This document shows, in pieces, positions 16,935-25,454 of a DNA stretch of 53,365 nt (its first letter is position 1; the number at the start of each line of letters is the position of its first letter). The position numbers and the translations under genes were made by a program. This stretch comes from Minisyncoccota bacterium. GTDB lineage: Bacteria > Patescibacteriota > Minisyncoccia > Phycocordibacterales > UBA2100. Under the pieces are notes generated by a model. It was not told where the DNA came from, ran no database searches, and was given only the letters and a program-made list of their open reading frames with translations. Location: the NCBI GenBank assembly GCA_036517335.1, contig DATDWX010000020.1, positions 1 through 53,365 of the forward strand, read 5' to 3'.

Positions 16935-18392
16935 ATGGCGAATGAAACAATCGTTCGATTCGAAGATGTGTCGTATGAATATGGTCCGCAAAAAATAGTG
17001 CTCGACAATGTCTCCTTCGGCTTGCGCCGTGGTACCAAGACGACGCTCATGGGGCAGAATGGCGCGGGGAAAAGTACGCTCTTTGGACTTATTACTAAAG
17101 CGATCATACCGGAGGCGGGTGAGATTTATATCGACAAAGGGCTTTCGATAGCGATCGCGCGGCAGGTGATACCGCGCAGTGAAATGCAGCTCTCGGTGCG
17201 GGAATTTTTTGAAAAGTGTTTTGACGAACGCGTATATGATATCGATCTACGCATTGACGCGATGCTCGAGATCGTCAATCTCAAACAGCACGAAAAAGTC
17301 CACGAGCGGAAGATCATCTCGTTCTCCGGGGGTCAGCAGGCGCGGCTCTTGCTTGCCTCGGCCTTGATCCAGGATCCCGATCTTTTGCTCCTCGACGAGC
17401 CGACCAACAACCTCGACAAAGCGGGCATCGCCCATCTTACGCAGTTCCTCGTCGACTATCAGAAGACGTGCATTGTCATTTCCCACGATGCGGACTTCCT
17501 CAACGCGTTCACGCAAGGCGTCTTGTATCTCGACGTACATTCCCACAAGGTAGAGCAGTACGCGGGCAACTACTTCGACGTGGTCGCAGAGATCAGTGCG
17601 CGGGTGGAGAAAGAGCGGATGAAAAATGCGCAGCTCACCAAGACCATCATTGCCAATAAGGAGCAGGCCAACAAATTTGCCAAAAAGGGCGGCGGACTGC
17701 GACTCGTCGCCAAGCGTATGCGCACCAAAGCGGCGGAAGCGGAAGAGTCGATGGTGGAGGTGCGGCGTGAAGACAAAACGATCAAATCTTTTACGATTAC
17801 CGTGCAGGAGGGGCTTTCGGGTGAGCTGCTCCACATCACGAGCGTAAAAACGATCAAAAACTATAAACCCGTTACAAAAAAGAAATCGGTATCACTCCGT
17901 AAAAACCAGCATCTACTCTTGAAGGGCCCCAACGGCATCGGCAAGTCGACACTACTGGAATCTTTGGCACATGGTAGCGCAGAAGGATCGCACATCGCGC
18001 CGGGCGTGAAAGTGGGGTACTATCGCCAGGATTTTTCCAATCTCGACTTCGAAAGATCAGTGCGCGATGAGCTCATGGCGGCGATGGACAAGCAAATAGA
18101 GGAGCGGCTCCGCACCGTTGCCGCCGGCTTTCTCATTTCGGGTGATCTCATTCATGCGAAGATCGGACATTTGTCAGAAGGGCAAAAAGGTTTGGTGGCC
18201 TTCGCACGGCTCGTACTGCTTCAGCCCGGCCTGCTCATTCTCGACGAGCCGACCAATCACATCAACTTCCGCCATTTGCCGGTCATTGCTAGGGCGCTCG
18301 ATGCCTATCAAGGTGCAATGATACTCGTCTCGCACGCGCCCGAATTCGTGAGCAAGATACGCATTGATGAAGTGCTGAATCTGGAGGGATAG
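16935..18392 (+). CDS. ABC-F family ATPase (two ABC domains, no TM domain)
   Basis: Walker A GQNGAGKST and GPNGIGKST. Signatures FSGGQQARL and LSEGQKGL. Walker B LLLLDEPTN and LLILDEPTN. Start at MANETIVRFEDV rather than the track start at 16803. Confidence 0.85.
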   Translation: MANETIVRFEDVSYEYGPQKIVLDNVSFGLRRGTKTTLMGQNGAGKSTLFGLITKAIIPEAGEIYIDKGLSIAIARQVIPRSEMQLSVREFFEKCFDERVYDIDLRIDAMLEIVNLKQHEKVHERKIISFSGGQQARLLLASALIQDPDLLLLDEPTNNLDKAGIAHLTQFLVDYQKTCIVISHDADFLNAFTQGVLYLDVHSHKVEQYAGNYFDVVAEISARVEKERMKNAQLTKTIIANKEQANKFAKKGGGLRLVAKRMRTKAAEAEESMVEVRREDKTIKSFTITVQEGLSGELLHITSVKTIKNYKPVTKKKSVSLRKNQHLLLKGPNGIGKSTLLESLAHGSAEGSHIAPGVKVGYYRQDFSNLDFERSVRDELMAAMDKQIEERLRTVAAGFLISGDLIHAKIGHLSEGQKGLVAFARLVLLQPGLLILDEPTNHINFRHLPVIARALDAYQGAMILVSHAPEFVSKIRIDEVLNLEG

Positions 18393-18405
18393 ATCAGAGG
18401 GAAGT

Positions 18406-18666
18406 ATGTATTACGTCTACATATTGAAATGCAAAGATGGCAGCCTCTACACCGGTATCACCACCGACCTCAAGCGTCGCTTTGCAGAGCATAAGGAGGG
18501 AAATGGGGGACACTACACTCGTGCAAAGCGAGTCATAAAAATCGTTCATACCGAAGAGCATCCCAACAAATCCTCTGCATTGAAACGCGAAGCCGAGATC
18601 AAAGGCTGGACACGACAAAAGAAGCTGGAATTGATACAGTTCGGTTGTCGGGTGAAAAGTACCTGA
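18406..18666 (+). CDS. GIY-YIG nuclease superfamily protein (UPF0213 type)
   Basis: MYYVYILKCKDGSLYTGITTDLKRRFAEHK...ALKREAEIKGW is the canonical small GIY-YIG pattern. Confidence 0.8.
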   Translation: MYYVYILKCKDGSLYTGITTDLKRRFAEHKEGNGGHYTRAKRVIKIVHTEEHPNKSSALKREAEIKGWTRQKKLELIQFGCRVKST

Positions 18667-18677
18667 CACATGACACC
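18654..18677 (+). repeat. GTACCTGACAC motif, copy A
   Basis: GAAAAGTACCTGACACATGACACC, overlapping the GIY-YIG stop codon. Confidence 0.85.
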
Positions 18678-18741
18678 GCTCTCTCTGACCTCGCCTCACC
18701 CAAGTCCGACACGATGCCGTACGTCCAATGAATTTTAAATT

Positions 18742-19395
18742 ATGCCCAAAATACTGTCATTTCTAAAAAAACAGAAAATCAGATGTTTGAGGTATTTAAA
18801 AATGCTTAAGGATAATGCTTCTCTTTTTGCGTCCATAGTAACTATTTTTGGGGTTATACTAATATTTCTTCAATTACAACTAACAAACCAGCAGCTAAAA
18901 GAGTTAAAAGCAAATGCTCAAATAGATATTGAGTTGGTCTTGGCAACCTCGACCATCTCCGTGGGGCCGACCAAATCTGAACCATTTAGTTTTTTTGTTA
19001 CTGCCCATAATTCTGGCAGCTTCACCCCCTCACTCTGGCGAGCGAGCCTGCTCTTTTGTAGCGGTGTTGAGGTTGTTGAAGCCGATAATAAATGGAGAAA
19101 TGGCGATGGTCCCTGGTATTTCTTGGAATCTCAAAAGCCACTCATACCTCATTTGATGATACATGCGACCGCCATAGATGCGGTCGGTGCGTTTAGGATT
19201 AGTCTACCAACCAAAGATAATGCAAACCTTGATCGGATAATACCTATTACGATAGTTTATGCGTCAGGAGAAAGGAGCGAATCAACAGCAAAATTAGTTT
19301 CTTTATCGAAAGCAGGTTTAATTTACGAAAACTTTGAGACACAGGATGGGAGAATAATCTCTGATTTACGAGGTTGTTGGGATGTCCGAGAGTAG
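18742..19395 (+). CDS. Hypothetical N-terminally anchored protein (217 aa) in an AT-rich segment
   Basis: TM LFASIVTIFGVILIFLQLQL, then a beta-rich region with no recognised motif. Flanked by inverted GTACCTGACAC motifs. Confidence 0.6.
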   Translation: MPKILSFLKKQKIRCLRYLKMLKDNASLFASIVTIFGVILIFLQLQLTNQQLKELKANAQIDIELVLATSTISVGPTKSEPFSFFVTAHNSGSFTPSLWRASLLFCSGVEVVEADNKWRNGDGPWYFLESQKPLIPHLMIHATAIDAVGAFRISLPTKDNANLDRIIPITIVYASGERSESTAKLVSLSKAGLIYENFETQDGRIISDLRGCWDVRE

Positions 19396-19403
19396 AAAAT
19401 GAC

Positions 19404-19422
19404 GGTGTCAGGTACCATTTCC
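19404..19422 (-). repeat. GTACCTGACAC motif, copy B (inverted)
   Basis: Reverse complement reads GGAAATGGTACCTGACACC. Confidence 0.85.
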
Positions 19423-19439
19423 AAGAAAACAATACTAAC

Positions 19440-19859
19440 ATGACCGGAAAGGAAATCATTGAAAAAGTTAAGGCGCTGAATCTTCCGAGCGATTCCTATG
19501 TCGTCGATGGCAGTTGCCCTATGGCAATCGCTGGGCTGCGTGAATCGAATGACATCGATCTCTTGGTTAGCAAGGAGCTATTTGAGCAGCTGAGGGAGAG
19601 GGGATGGCGGGAGCACGAAAAAGGACCCGATGATAAACCACTCGTCTACGATGTTTTCGAAGCACACTCCCACTGGGACTTCAGCCCCTACGTATTTACT
19701 CTTGAACAGCTCCTTAAAACGGTGACGATAGTCGAGGGCATTCCTTTTGCTTCGCTCCAAGAGGTGCGCAACTGGAAAGCCGCAGCAGCACGGCCGAAAG
19801 ATCTTAAAGATATTGAACTGATCGATGCATATTTGCAGTCCAAGAATGACCGAGGGTAG
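19440..19859 (+). CDS. Minimal nucleotidyltransferase-fold protein (Pol-beta superfamily, MNT-like)
   Basis: DGSCPMAIAGLRESNDIDLLV matches the GS-x(n)-DxD NTase signature. 139 aa from the internal ATG (MTGKEIIEKV). Confidence 0.55.
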   Translation: MTGKEIIEKVKALNLPSDSYVVDGSCPMAIAGLRESNDIDLLVSKELFEQLRERGWREHEKGPDDKPLVYDVFEAHSHWDFSPYVFTLEQLLKTVTIVEGIPFASLQEVRNWKAAAARPKDLKDIELIDAYLQSKNDRG

Positions 19860-19970
19860 TCCTCGTACAATGCAGAAATTTAATTTTGTACCAGCAATCG
19901 AAGTCATAACGGCAGGTTTATAACTTAATTCGGGCGGAATTCGGGAGCCTGTAGGTAGAACGATACAAAC

Positions 19971-19999
19971 AAAAAGAGTCCGCTAGCAGGACTCTTTTT
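19971..19999. terminator. Bidirectional intrinsic terminator
   Basis: AAAAAGAGTCC-GCTAGCA-GGACTCTTTTT, between convergent genes. Confidence 0.85.
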
Positions 20000-20016
20000 G
20001 CAGGCGAGCCGTTGCT

Positions 20017-20325
20017 CTAGCTGGCCCAGATTGCCGAGTAGTCGGTGTCGCCGGGTGAAGCGTGGTCTCCCGCAGGTACGCCGGTGCCGTCGCCGTTGGT
20101 GGCATGCACCGGTACGTTCACATCGGGCCCTCCTATGGTGTAGTCTCCCGTGTCGCCGAGTGCGCCCCCTTTGGGACTATTTAGCACAGCGTCCGTCGTG
20201 ATGACGGGGCACACGAAGCCGTCGGTTTTCTCGACTGCCGCGTGAGACATGACCGGCGCGAGGGTGAGCGAGAGCACCGCTGCTGCGATTGCGATGAATA
20301 GCGCACGTGATAGGGTTGTAGTCAT
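20017..20325 (-). CDS. Small secreted protein (102 aa)
   Basis: Signal peptide MTTTLSRALFIAIAAAVLSLTLAPVMSHA, followed by a G/D/T-rich mature part. Confidence 0.6.
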   Translation of the reverse strand: MTTTLSRALFIAIAAAVLSLTLAPVMSHAAVEKTDGFVCPVITTDAVLNSPKGGALGDTGDYTIGGPDVNVPVHATNGDGTGVPAGDHASPGDTDYSAIWAS

Positions 20326-20368
20326 AGCATAGTGTGATTATTGCTCGTAAAATCGACCTATGTGCCAG

Positions 20369-20406
20369 TGTAAAGAATACTTTACATATGTAAAGTTGAC
20401 TTTACA
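20369..20406. promoter_or_regulatory. Tandem palindromic operators in the divergent intergenic region
   Basis: TGTAAAG-aata-CTTTACA-ta-TGTAAAG-ttga-CTTTACA. Overlaps promoter-like TTGACT/TTTACA and TACATT/TACAGT hexamers. Confidence 0.7.
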
Positions 20407-20441
20407 TTCCGCCCATGATACAGTCGCCCACTGAACCTCGC

Positions 20442-20654
20442 ATGAAAGAATCTGTTTCCAATCGTGTATTTGAGGCGCGCTCTAGGCGAAGCGTCACGCA
20501 GGAGGATCTCGCGTCGGCTGTGGGTGTGACGCGACAAACCGTTATCGCTATCGAGAAGGGGAATTATACGCCGTCGGTCCTCCTCGCGATAAAGCTCGCC
20601 CGCTTCTTCAAAATGTCGGTTGAAGAGCTTTTTGTTATTAGTAAACATTCATAA
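20442..20654 (+). CDS. XRE-family helix-turn-helix transcriptional regulator
   Basis: RSVTQEDLASAVGVTRQTVIAIEKGNYTPSVLLAIKLARFF. The alternative start at 20415 would fit a leaderless layout. Confidence 0.8.
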   Translation: MKESVSNRVFEARSRRSVTQEDLASAVGVTRQTVIAIEKGNYTPSVLLAIKLARFFKMSVEELFVISKHS

Positions 20655-20660
20655 AAACGT

Positions 20661-21023
20661 ATGCGACTTTTTAACAATGAAATAACAATCTCGGTACTTT
20701 TCCTTCTCATCTTGCTCGCCTTTCTCGATCCGGTGATGATTTTCATGCCCTCGCCAGCGCTGTATATGGCAATGGCAGGCATGGTAATACTCTTTGCCTT
20801 CTTTGCCGGCCTCGTCTGGCGTGAGCGGGCACGCGATGAGCGCGACGAGCTCCACAAGATGCTTGCTGGTAGGATAGGCTACCTCCTCGGCGCCGTGACG
20901 CTGCTCGTCGGCATACTCGTGGAGAGCGCCGCTGGTCATGTTGATCCATGGCTGGTCTATGGGCTCGGAGCGATGGTTGTCGGCAAACTCGTCGGGCTCT
21001 TCTGGAGTCGTCGATACCGCTGA
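20661..21023 (+). CDS. Four-TM membrane protein partnered with the XRE regulator (DUF2178-like, family name from memory)
   Basis: Four hydrophobic helices with a central RERARDERDELHK loop. Starts 6 nt after the regulator's stop. Confidence 0.6.
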   Translation: MRLFNNEITISVLFLLILLAFLDPVMIFMPSPALYMAMAGMVILFAFFAGLVWRERARDERDELHKMLAGRIGYLLGAVTLLVGILVESAAGHVDPWLVYGLGAMVVGKLVGLFWSRRYR

Positions 21024-21036
21024 CTCCGCTCTAGTG

Positions 21037-21054
21037 TTTTGCAAAAGACTGGAA
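21037..21054 (+). repeat. Promoter-like 18-mer, copy 1
   Basis: TTTTGCAAAAGACTGGAA, matching TTTTGCAAAGACTGGAA at 25709-25725. Confidence 0.8.
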
Positions 21055-21086
21055 TAAGGAGTGAAGTGGTGCGATCTCGGTCAGCT

Positions 21087-21113
21087 GTGCCGCGAGGCGG
21101 CGCCTCGCGGCAC
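21087..21113. repeat. 27-nt G/C-rich palindrome (11-bp stem)
   Basis: GTGCCGCGAGG-CGGCG-CCTCGCGGCAC, with no T-tract on either side. Confidence 0.85.
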
Positions 21114-21213
21114 ATGGGGTGCCGGTAAAGAAACAGGGTCGCGGCCATGATGGTCGTAACCCTGCGGGGTCCGCGGCTGCGCGACGTGTTTACCGCCGGC
21201 GCGAGCCAGACTC

Positions 21214-21666
21214 CTATCGCGGCGACTTGCCGTACCGCGTGTTCATCGGTTGTCCTCGTCCGCCGCGTCGCCGCCGCACGAACTGCAGCTTGTTCTGCGC
21301 ACCAGCGGGTCGATACACCTCGACCGATACCATGAGCGGTGTCCAGCAATACAATGCCCGTGGATATAGCGACTGCGGGTCGTCGCTCGTGTCGCTGAGC
21401 CAACTGTCCATACCGACCTTCCGCAATTTACGCTTGACGGAGGCCAAAATCCGAGCCAACAAGGGGCCTTGAGGCAAGCTGATGCCCTTTTTGTCAAGTA
21501 GAAGACGGATCGTCCTCTCGCCAAGTTGCCGTCGTTGATGCTCATCGAGCACCGCAAAAAGCGCCGCTTCTTTTTCACTCAGCGAAACACTCTTTCCATC
21601 GATAGAATGGAGTGTGTTGTCGGGGTCGATCCTGTAGCAGGGCTCGACTCGCTCTGTAGGCTTCAT
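21214..21666 (-). CDS. Putative OmpR/CadC-type winged-helix DNA-binding protein
   Basis: SD GGGGAGG lies upstream of the internal ATG. YRIDPDNTLHSIDGKSVSLSEKEAALFAVL...LARILASVKRKLRKVG resembles the Trans_reg_C pattern. The C-terminal third is uninformative. Confidence 0.4.
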   Translation of the reverse strand: MKPTERVEPCYRIDPDNTLHSIDGKSVSLSEKEAALFAVLDEHQRRQLGERTIRLLLDKKGISLPQGPLLARILASVKRKLRKVGMDSWLSDTSDDPQSLYPRALYCWTPLMVSVEVYRPAGAQNKLQFVRRRRGGRGQPMNTRYGKSPR

Positions 21667-21932
21667 CCGGCACCTCCCCTCGCCGATCATTGTCCACCAC
21701 TGACGAGACAGTAGCATGCTTCGGCTCACTGCGAAATGCGCCCAACTTAAGCCCTAATACCATGCGTAGCTTATGCACCGGCTCCCCTGTACAAGACATC
21801 GTGAAAAGTGTATGAAGGTCGTAGGCCCTTTGATACAAGGGTTTTGCCGTGGCCGATAGAGGCTATTCATAAGGCCTCTGCCTGCCGCGGCGAACCGAAA
21901 ATACGTTTCGAGCCGACGGCGGGAGAGATGCC

Positions 21933-22130
21933 ATGACTTACGGGAACGATCGCGTGAATTTTTTCGAAGGCCCCGACAAAGGGATCGAGCCGATCTCTGG
22001 AGAGCCGAGGGGGTATATGGTCACACGCGTGAACGGAAGGTTCGTGCTGGAGCCGCCGCCGGCGGTCGTCCAGTTCAAACTTTCCCGCGCCGTGGCGCAA
22101 GAGCACCGCACCCTTAAGGAGGCCGCATAA
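21933..22130 (+). CDS. Hypothetical small protein (65 aa)
   Basis: GGGAGAG lies upstream of the ATG. Located 30 nt upstream of the MarR gene. Confidence 0.3.
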   Translation: MTYGNDRVNFFEGPDKGIEPISGEPRGYMVTRVNGRFVLEPPPAVVQFKLSRAVAQEHRTLKEAA

Positions 22131-22160
22131 GGCCGACCACTTCATCAGGAGGCTAAAACA

Positions 22161-22643
22161 ATGAACGTTATGATGAAGCAACAGGCGGCAGCCCCAAGAG
22201 CGGATGCCCTCATTGAAATTCGGGCACTGATAGCGTGGCAGCATGCGCAATTCACCAACCTCCTCAAGAAGGTGCTTGCTGGCAGCCACGACCTTAACCC
22301 AACGCAGGCCTTCATGCTGCTCAAGATGGGTGACGAACCCATGTCCGCGGGTGACGTCATCCTATCGGGCGTATATCAGGGCACCAATGAAAACTACAAT
22401 GTTGGGGCTCTGGTGGACATGGGTTATCTACGCAAGAAGAGATCAGACCATGACCGCCGCAGGGACATCATTGGGATCACCTTAGAGGGGAAGGCGCGCC
22501 GGAGGCAAATCAACAGGACCCTCAATCAGGTCTTTTCCGCTTCCAGTACGAGGAATCTACGGCAGGAACTGGCCGTCGCTGTGCCCGTGCTGAAGCACAT
22601 TCTGCGATCAGTCGATCTCGCGTCGTTGTACGCACGACGCTGA
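22161..22643 (+). CDS. MarR-family transcriptional regulator
   Basis: SD AGGAGG lies 8 nt upstream. LNPTQAFMLLKMGDEPMSAGDV...VGALVDMGYLRKKRSDHDRRRDIIGITLEGK is a winged-helix MarR pattern. Confidence 0.65.
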   Translation: MNVMMKQQAAAPRADALIEIRALIAWQHAQFTNLLKKVLAGSHDLNPTQAFMLLKMGDEPMSAGDVILSGVYQGTNENYNVGALVDMGYLRKKRSDHDRRRDIIGITLEGKARRRQINRTLNQVFSASSTRNLRQELAVAVPVLKHILRSVDLASLYARR

Positions 22644-22689
22644 ACGGCCGCGGATAACATCGGCCTTGGTAACAGAATGAGCTCTGAAA

Positions 22690-22734
22690 ATCCTAGTCGG
22701 CGCTGCGCAACAGCCCGACTAGGATCTCTTTTCT
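22690..22734 (+). terminator. Intrinsic terminator after marR-like gene
   Basis: ATCCTAGTCGG...CCGACTAGGAT (11-bp stem) followed by CTCTTTTCT. Confidence 0.8.
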
Positions 22735-22800
22735 AATGGCGCCAGAAACAATGGTGCGGGTGCGCGTCGCACGTCCCTCGGGGTGGTATGATGATTGATA

Positions 22801-24195
22801 ATGGTGAAGAAAATTCTCGCGGGTGTGCCGGCGTTGCTTGCGTTTGCCGTACTATTCTCTTCTCCCTCGCCACTCTACGCTGCTGAAATGGGCGTCAATC
22901 TCGCCGGCGCCGAATTTGGCAGCACCTACCCCGGCACATACGGCACCGACTATACATACCCGACCGCAAGCGAACTCGATTATTACAAGAGCAAAGGATT
23001 CACTCTCATTCGCCTCCCATTCATGTGGGAACGTGTGCAGCGATCGCTGGGCGGCCCGCTTGATCCGACAGAAATCGGTCGCATCCAAAGCTTCCTTTCG
23101 GCCGCGGGTACGCGCGGCATGCAGGTGGTACTCGACGCGCACAATTACGGCCGCTACGGACTCGGCACATTTTCCGATGTGACGTGGCATGGCAATATCA
23201 TCGGCTCTTCAGCTGTGCCTGTATCCACGTTCGCCGATTTCTGGACAAAAATGGCGAGCACGTTCAAGGGAAACCCTGCCGTTTTCGGGTACGATCTCTC
23301 CAACGAACCCCACGATATGGGCGCGTACTCGTGGCAGGCAGCTGCGCAAGCTGCAGTAAATGGCATCCGCTCGATAGATACCACGACGACCATCATCGTC
23401 GAAGGCGATTGCTGGTCGGGTGCGTGGACCTGGGGCTCGTGCAATGGCAATCTCACCATCAATGACTCTTCAAACAAGATCATCTACGAGGCGCACCAAT
23501 ATTTCGACGGCAACGGCTCGGGCTCGTATGCAAACGGGTATGACACCTCGAGTCAGAGCGTCGGTACGGCGCGCGTGATGCCCTTCATCAATTGGCTGCA
23601 GCAGCACAACTATCGCGGATACCTTGGCGAATACGGCGTACCCAAGAGCGATTCGCGCTGGTTCCCGGTGCTCGATGATTTCCTGGCAACACTAAGGCAG
23701 TACAACATCCCGGGCACCGTCTGGGCCGGAGGGCCGTGGTGGGGCAACTACATTCTTTCAGTAGAATCCTCTGGCGGTGTCGACAGCCCCGTGATGAGCA
23801 CCTTGGCAAAGTATCCGAGCACGAGCACTGCCACCTCCTCTCCTCCCGCGCCCATCCCCACCACGTTCGGGATCGGCACTCGCGTCAAGACCACTGCCAA
23901 TCTCAACGTCCGCAGCAAGCCTCATACCAGGAGCGGCAAGATCCTATGCACCCAGCCAAACGGTGCAACTGGCACCATTGTGGGAGGTCCCACATCAGCC
24001 CAAGGCTACACGTGGTGGCAGGTCAATTTCGACACGGGCTGCGACGGCTGGAGCGTGCAATCGTACTTAAGTGTAGTGCTCGCCGTAGCCCCGCCTTCAC
24101 CAGTCGCCGAGCTTGAATCCCAGCTGTCCAGTCTCTTGGCACAACTCACCGCGCTAAAAGAGCGCCTCACGGCCGCAGCGGGCGCGGTACGGTAA
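22801..24195 (+). CDS. Secreted GH5 glycoside hydrolase (cellulase-family) with C-terminal bacterial SH3 domain
   Basis: Signal peptide present. GVNLAGAEFG, LIRLPFMWERVQ, VVLDAHNYGRY, acid/base LSNEPHD, nucleophile LGEYGVP. SH3b-like NLNVRSKPHTRSGKIL...YTWWQVNF. TATGAT lies 8 nt upstream of ATG 22801. Confidence 0.8.
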   Translation: MVKKILAGVPALLAFAVLFSSPSPLYAAEMGVNLAGAEFGSTYPGTYGTDYTYPTASELDYYKSKGFTLIRLPFMWERVQRSLGGPLDPTEIGRIQSFLSAAGTRGMQVVLDAHNYGRYGLGTFSDVTWHGNIIGSSAVPVSTFADFWTKMASTFKGNPAVFGYDLSNEPHDMGAYSWQAAAQAAVNGIRSIDTTTTIIVEGDCWSGAWTWGSCNGNLTINDSSNKIIYEAHQYFDGNGSGSYANGYDTSSQSVGTARVMPFINWLQQHNYRGYLGEYGVPKSDSRWFPVLDDFLATLRQYNIPGTVWAGGPWWGNYILSVESSGGVDSPVMSTLAKYPSTSTATSSPPAPIPTTFGIGTRVKTTANLNVRSKPHTRSGKILCTQPNGATGTIVGGPTSAQGYTWWQVNFDTGCDGWSVQSYLSVVLAVAPPSPVAELESQLSSLLAQLTALKERLTAAAGAVR

Positions 24196-24204
24196 AATAA
24201 TGCA

Positions 24205-24759
24205 GTGAAGAAGAGCAAAGAAACGTGGACGTACAAGAATACATCGCTGCTTATTGTCAGCCTCGCTGTCCTCTTTTTTGTCGCCGACACAGATGTGGCG
24301 CACTCCTTGATCAGGGCAATAGGCAGCTACGGCTACTGGGGTGCGAGTATTGCTGGCGTATTCTCGGTTTCGACGTTTACCGTCGCGCCGGCTTTGGTAA
24401 TTCTTTTTCATCTCGCGCAGGAATTCAACCCCGTTTTGGTAGCGCTTTGCGCAGGGATCGGCGCAACCATCAGCGATTTGCTGATATTTCGTTTCCTCAA
24501 AGACGGTGTCTTTGAAGAGTTAAAACCGCTCTATCGTGAATACGGCGGCTCGCACATATCCACCCTGTTTAGAACACGGCACTTTGCGTGGCTTGCGCCG
24601 GTCGTCGGAGCTCTCATTATCGCATCACCCTTGCCCGACGAGATCGGCGTAGCTCTGATGGGACTTTCTCGTATAAAAACGTGGCAATTTGTAGGACTGT
24701 CCTTCGCACTGAACGCCGTAGGAATCCTTGCCGTTGTACTCCTGGCCCGGAGTATATAA
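24205..24759 (+). CDS. Integral membrane protein, unknown family
   Basis: GTG start. Five or six hydrophobic segments and no diagnostic motif. Confidence 0.55.
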   Translation: MKKSKETWTYKNTSLLIVSLAVLFFVADTDVAHSLIRAIGSYGYWGASIAGVFSVSTFTVAPALVILFHLAQEFNPVLVALCAGIGATISDLLIFRFLKDGVFEELKPLYREYGGSHISTLFRTRHFAWLAPVVGALIIASPLPDEIGVALMGLSRIKTWQFVGLSFALNAVGILAVVLLARSI

Positions 24760-24779
24760 GCTTCGGTTATACTGTACGC

Positions 24780-25351
24780 ATGAGCCTCAAGTACCTCGCC
24801 ACCGTCTTTATCCTTTGCGCCCTTGTGGTCGGCGCCTTTTTTCTTCTACAACAGTACATCTCTCCGCAGGGCGGCGAGCCAATTCCCTCGGGAGACCAGC
24901 AGTATTCAAATGAGGAGTACGGCCTCTCATTCACGTATCCCGAGGAGTATGTGCTTTTAGTGAGCTGGACACTCCGGGGAGCGCGATGCGTAAGCATCAC
25001 GTGATCACCTTGATGCGCAAAGAGGATTTGCCTTTGCCGGAAGGGGGAGAGGGACCGTCCGCGATCACTATTGACGTGTATCAAAATGATCTCGACCATC
25101 TGGGGGCGGAAGCCTGGGCGCGCAATACAAGCTCATCCAATTTCAAGCTTGGCGACGGGCGATTTTCATCTACGACCGTGAGTGACCTGCCAGCACTTTC
25201 ATATCTGTGGTCGGGCTTGTATGAGGGAACGACGATAGTGGTGGCCCAACCGAAATGGATCTACGCCTTTAGCGTAACCTACCTAGAAATGGGCGCTTCC
25301 ATCGTGCAGGATTTTGTGACTGTTCGGGATAGCGTGCGCATTGCGCAGTAG
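24780..25351 (+). pseudogene. Signal-anchored hypothetical gene split by a frameshift at a T4 run
   Basis: The MSLKYLATVF... frame ends at 25004. The second frame is open from 24914 and continues ...SELDTPGSAMRKHHVITL to 25351. One extra T at 24955-24958 would fuse them into ~190 aa. Confidence 0.6.
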
Positions 25352-25454
25352 CTGTCGCAATTTTTTGATGTTGGTGCTTTTGCGGGCCCCGAGCTCACCT
25401 TGATTTCATTCGTTTTACGATATATTTATTAACGGGACGTTAATCCTGTGTGGA

